From: an uncultured Bacillota bacterium
GTDB lineage: Bacteria; Bacillota; Clostridia; Christensenellales; UBA1242
Assembly: GCA_949296805.1 (NCBI GenBank)
Contig: CASFPO010000007.1
Coordinates: forward strand, 17,291-81,290
Reading direction: 5' to 3'
DNA length: 64,000 nt
The number at the start of each line of letters is the position of its first letter. The first letter of the stretch is position 1. The position numbers were made by a program, and so were the translations under genes. Below are positions 58,757-64,000 of this stretch, one piece after another. The notes below the pieces were generated by a model. The model saw only the letters and a program-made list of their open reading frames with translations. It had not been told where the DNA came from and did no database searches.

Positions 58757-59320
58757 ATGTTTAAAATAAAAGACCTTTTGTTATATTTAAGTGCCTTTGT
58801 TCCGATGTATGTATTAATCCTCTTTAGGCTTATCATTGATATAATTAATGATAACCTTTCTTTTAATGTACTTAATACCATTAATCTTATTACCCTTTTG
58901 CTTTTAATTGCACTTGGAATAGCTGGTCTTTTTATCAATGTTTTTCATCAAAAGGATATAGAAAGAAAGGTTATCATTATTAAAAAACAAAACATTACTG
59001 ACAGGCATTTTTTAGGTTATTTTTCCCTTTTTGTGCTGTTTGCTTTGCAACTTGAACTCTCGCTTGTGAGTGACTATTGTTTGTTTATATTAATTTTAAT
59101 TTTTATAGGTGTAGTTTATATAAAAAATTCCCTTTATTATATCAATCCTCTTTTAAATATACTTGGCTACAACTTTTATGACATTGTCTATATTGAAGAA
59201 ACAAGTCACTCCAAAGGCGAATGCAAAATTTTTTACCGAGGCGAGCTTAAAACCAATCAAAGTTATTTAGTTAAATTTAAAAATGACAACTTTGCTTTTA
59301 TTGATAAAAATAAAAGATGA
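58757..59320 (+). CDS. Membrane protein (about 4 N-terminal TM plus small C-terminal soluble domain), function unknown
   Basis: 187 aa. No obvious RBS, so the start is uncertain. Confidence 0.5.
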   Translation: MFKIKDLLLYLSAFVPMYVLILFRLIIDIINDNLSFNVLNTINLITLLLLIALGIAGLFINVFHQKDIERKVIIIKKQNITDRHFLGYFSLFVLFALQLELSLVSDYCLFILILIFIGVVYIKNSLYYINPLLNILGYNFYDIVYIEETSHSKGECKIFYRGELKTNQSYLVKFKNDNFAFIDKNKR

Positions 59321-59586
59321 TACTTTTTGTAAAAAACGGCAACTTTTTAAGCTTTATAGAGTTATTTTCTATTGTCCTTTGCATAGTTCCTTTTGACAAA
59401 CTTCTTTATTTTTATAAGCCTTTTCTTAAAGCTTATTAAGCTTGTAATCCGCCCTTTCTTGACAAATTTTAACTGTAAAAAAGTTGTTAATTTTTAAAAA
59501 CACTTGCCTTTTTCCTTATATTTATATATAATATATTATATATAATATATAGGAGATAAAGGGAATTTTCCCGCTCGTCTTTTTAA

Positions 59587-61680
<2,094 letters not shown>

Positions 61681-61748
61681 AGATGGTAATTGCAATTCAG
61701 CTTAAAAAATTATTCAAATAAATTTGTTAAATAGACAAGGAGCTAAAT

Positions 61749-64000
61749 ATGGAAAGCAAAAAGTCACTTGATGAAATTTTCAAAGATGCGAAAATTGAAA
61801 AAGTCGATACTGTTGACAATCTAAAAAAATCTTTTATCTCATATGCGATGGCGGTTAATGTGTCAAGAGCCATCCCTGATGTGCGAGATGGACTTAAACC
61901 TGTGCACCGCCGTATCCTATTTGATATGGGCGAGATGGGCAACTTCTACGACAAGCCTACCAAAAAATGTGCCAGAATTGTCGGCGACGTAATGGGTAAA
62001 TACCACCCGCACGGAGATAGCTCGGTATATGACGCAATGGTAAGACTTGCTCAAGACTTTTCCATCCGCTATCCGCTTATTGATGGTCAAGGTAACTTTG
62101 GCTCTGTCGATGGCGACCCTCCTGCCGCTATGCGTTACACTGAGGCTCGCCTTTCTAAGATTGCCTCGCTAATGCTTGAGGATATAGACAAAAACACCGT
62201 TGACTTTTATCCTAACTTTGACAATACCTTAGAGCAACCTGCCGTACTTCCAGCCAAGATACCTAACCTACTTATAAACGGTTCTGACGGTATTGCCGTT
62301 GGTATGGCGACAAATATTCCGCCTCACAATCTAACAGAGGTTTTAAACGGTTTGCAAGCCCTTATTGACAATCCTGAGATTGATATTGACGAGCTTATTA
62401 AGATTATTCCTGCTCCTGACTACCCTACTGGCGGGATTATTATGGGCAGAACGGCTGTAAAACACGCCTACAAGACTGGGCGTGGCGGAATTGTAGTGCG
62501 TGGGCGTGCTGAGATTGAAGAGACTGCGTCTGGGCGAAGTAGAATTATTATTACCGAGCTTCCTTATCAAGTAAACAAAGCACAGCTTATTATACAAATA
62601 GCCGACCTTGTAAAAAACAAACGCCTTGACGGTATCAGTGACATTAAAGAAGAATCTGACCGAAAAGGTATGAGAATTGTTATTGACATAAAGAAGGATT
62701 TTAACGCACAGGTAGTACTTAACAGCCTGTATAAGATGACACAACTTCAAAAGAGCGGTGGAATAATCTTTCTTGCCTTAGTTAATGGCACTCCAAGAAT
62801 ACTTAACTTAAAGGAGATGTTATACTACTATCTTGAGCATCAAAAGGAAGTTTTGACTCGCAAGACTCAGTTTGAGCTAGCAAAAGCCAAGGAGCGAGAG
62901 CATATTGTAAAGGGTTTGGTAATCGCCCTTGCAAGCATTGATGAGGTAATTGCCATCATCAAGTCTTCTGAAGATAAGCAAGAGGCAGTAACAAGGCTTA
63001 CTCAAAACTTTGAGCTTGACGAAACTCAAGCAAACGCTATACTTGAGATGAAATTGTCAAGGCTTACCTCACTAGAAGTTGAAAAGCTCAATCAAGAGCT
63101 TCGTGAACTTGACGCCTTGATCATCGACCTTGAGGATATTCTTGCCACCCCTGCCCGCATCTTAAAAATACTTAGGGATAATTTTGAAGAGATTAAAAAG
63201 CAGTTTGGCGACAAGCGTAAAACAGAGATTAGTTTTGACGCTGGTGGCATTGATGTTGCCGACCTTATTGAAAAAGAGGATGTTGTTGTCTCTTTAACTA
63301 AGCAAGGTTACATCAAGCGAATGTCAACAAGTGAGTATAAGGCTCAAAATCGTGGAGGAGTTGGCGTAACCGCACACAAGACTAAGGAAGAAGATTATGT
63401 TACCACTATGTTTGTAACCTGCACGCACGATGACCTGTTATTCTTCTCAAGTCGAGGGCGAGTGTACTGCATTAAGGCTTATGAAATTCCAGAAGCTCAA
63501 CGCACGGCTAAAGGTAGGGCTATTATCAACCTTTTAATGCTCAGTGAGGGCGAAAAGATTACTGCTGTGATACCTAGAAAGGAAGGCGATAGTGGTAATT
63601 TAATTATGGTTACAAGAAAGGGACTTATCAAAAAGACTGCTCTTGACGAGTTTGCCTCTATCAGAAAGGCAGGCAAAGTTGCCATCCATCTAGTTGAAGA
63701 TGACGAGCTGATTGGCGTGGAGCTTTCTTGCGGAAGTGACGATATTTTGATTGCCTCTCATTTTGGCAAATGTATCCGCTTTAATGAAAGTGATGTGCGC
63801 TGTATGGGAAGAGAAAGTCAAGGCGTACGCAGTATGAGGCTTGCAAGTGGCGATTATATTGTTGATATGACTATTATTAAGCCAAATACTCAAATTATTA
63901 CCATTTCTGAAAATGGATATGGCAAGCGAAGTGATGTGAGTGAGTATAGACTTCAGTCTCGAGGCGGAAAAGGTATTAAAGCTGGCAACTTTAACGAAAA
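61749..64000 (+). CDS. gyrA: DNA gyrase subunit A (3' end beyond the window)
   Basis: Not in the ORF track because there is no stop in the window. Manual translation: [19 protein letters not shown]...[18 protein letters not shown]...[23 protein letters not shown]...[19 protein letters not shown]. Confidence 0.97.
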   Translation, partial: MESKKSLDEIFKDAKIEKVDTVDNLKKSFISYAMAVNVSRAIPDVRDGLKPVHRRILFDMGEMGNFYDKPTKKCARIVGDVMGKYHPHGDSSVYDAMVRLAQDFSIRYPLIDGQGNFGSVDGDPPAAMRYTEARLSKIASLMLEDIDKNTVDFYPNFDNTLEQPAVLPAKIPNLLINGSDGIAVGMATNIPPHNLTEVLNGLQALIDNPEIDIDELIKIIPAPDYPTGGIIMGRTAVKHAYKTGRGGIVVRGRAEIEETASGRSRIIITELPYQVNKAQLIIQIADLVKNKRLDGISDIKEESDRKGMRIVIDIKKDFNAQVVLNSLYKMTQLQKSGGIIFLALVNGTPRILNLKEMLYYYLEHQKEVLTRKTQFELAKAKEREHIVKGLVIALASIDEVIAIIKSSEDKQEAVTRLTQNFELDETQANAILEMKLSRLTSLEVEKLNQELRELDALIIDLEDILATPARILKILRDNFEEIKKQFGDKRKTEISFDAGGIDVADLIEKEDVVVSLTKQGYIKRMSTSEYKAQNRGGVGVTAHKTKEEDYVTTMFVTCTHDDLLFFSSRGRVYCIKAYEIPEAQRTAKGRAIINLLMLSEGEKITAVIPRKEGDSGNLIMVTRKGLIKKTALDEFASIRKAGKVAIHLVEDDELIGVELSCGSDDILIASHFGKCIRFNESDVRCMGRESQGVRSMRLASGDYIVDMTIIKPNTQIITISENGYGKRSDVSEYRLQSRGGKGIKAGNFNE

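Overview
AT-rich (about one-third G+C by eye) bacterial chromosome segment with Bacillota (Firmicutes)-type housekeeping genes. It uses the standard genetic code, AGGAGG-type RBSs, several exact TTGACA-17-TATAAT promoters and many intrinsic terminators. Recognised genes: an Asp23-family gene (partial), rpmB, cysS, a MarR regulator, recD2, comF, a GPH transporter translationally coupled to an HEXXH peptidase, a rubrerythrin-like gene, hup, lepB, queH, an ArsR regulator, a nucleoside hydrolase, rpmG-secE-nusG-rplK-rplA, secA, ychF, mrnC-rlmB-sigH, metG, gyrB and gyrA (partial). There are three tRNAs: Glu-UUC, Ser-CGA and initiator Met-CAU. rpmG, the Asp23 gene and gyrA are missing from the ORF track and were found by hand. 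Accessory content includes a BclA-like collagen protein, an Amidase_3/PG-binding protein and two paralogous pilin-like two-TM proteins. It also includes a 2818-aa surface protein divergent from a GT2-TPR glycosyltransferase, two large uncharacterised helical proteins (791 and 1765 aa), and an orphan hicB with a decayed hicA. The most unusual content is non-coding. By my coordinate estimate about a sixth of the window is ORF-free, and almost every long gap is filled with ordered repeats of five kinds. (1) Tandem arrays of hairpin-plus-T-run units with a recurrent ~93-97 bp period and covarying stems. (2) A 1.3-kb C-depleted GGA-rich five-unit array. (3) G-depleted 83-84 bp and C-depleted ~20 bp arrays. 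(4) Exactly 10-bp-phased arrays of TGTTGAA (one mismatch from the Spo0A 0A box TGTCGAA). (5) Two near-perfect four-way-junction elements directly upstream of sigH and metG. In addition, each of the three tRNAs is followed by a direct-repeat-bounded cassette of shared hairpin modules, and one cassette duplicates the tRNA 3' end. None of these fits CRISPR, IS, integron or known riboswitch architectures as far as I can judge without searches. All functional readings are hypotheses.
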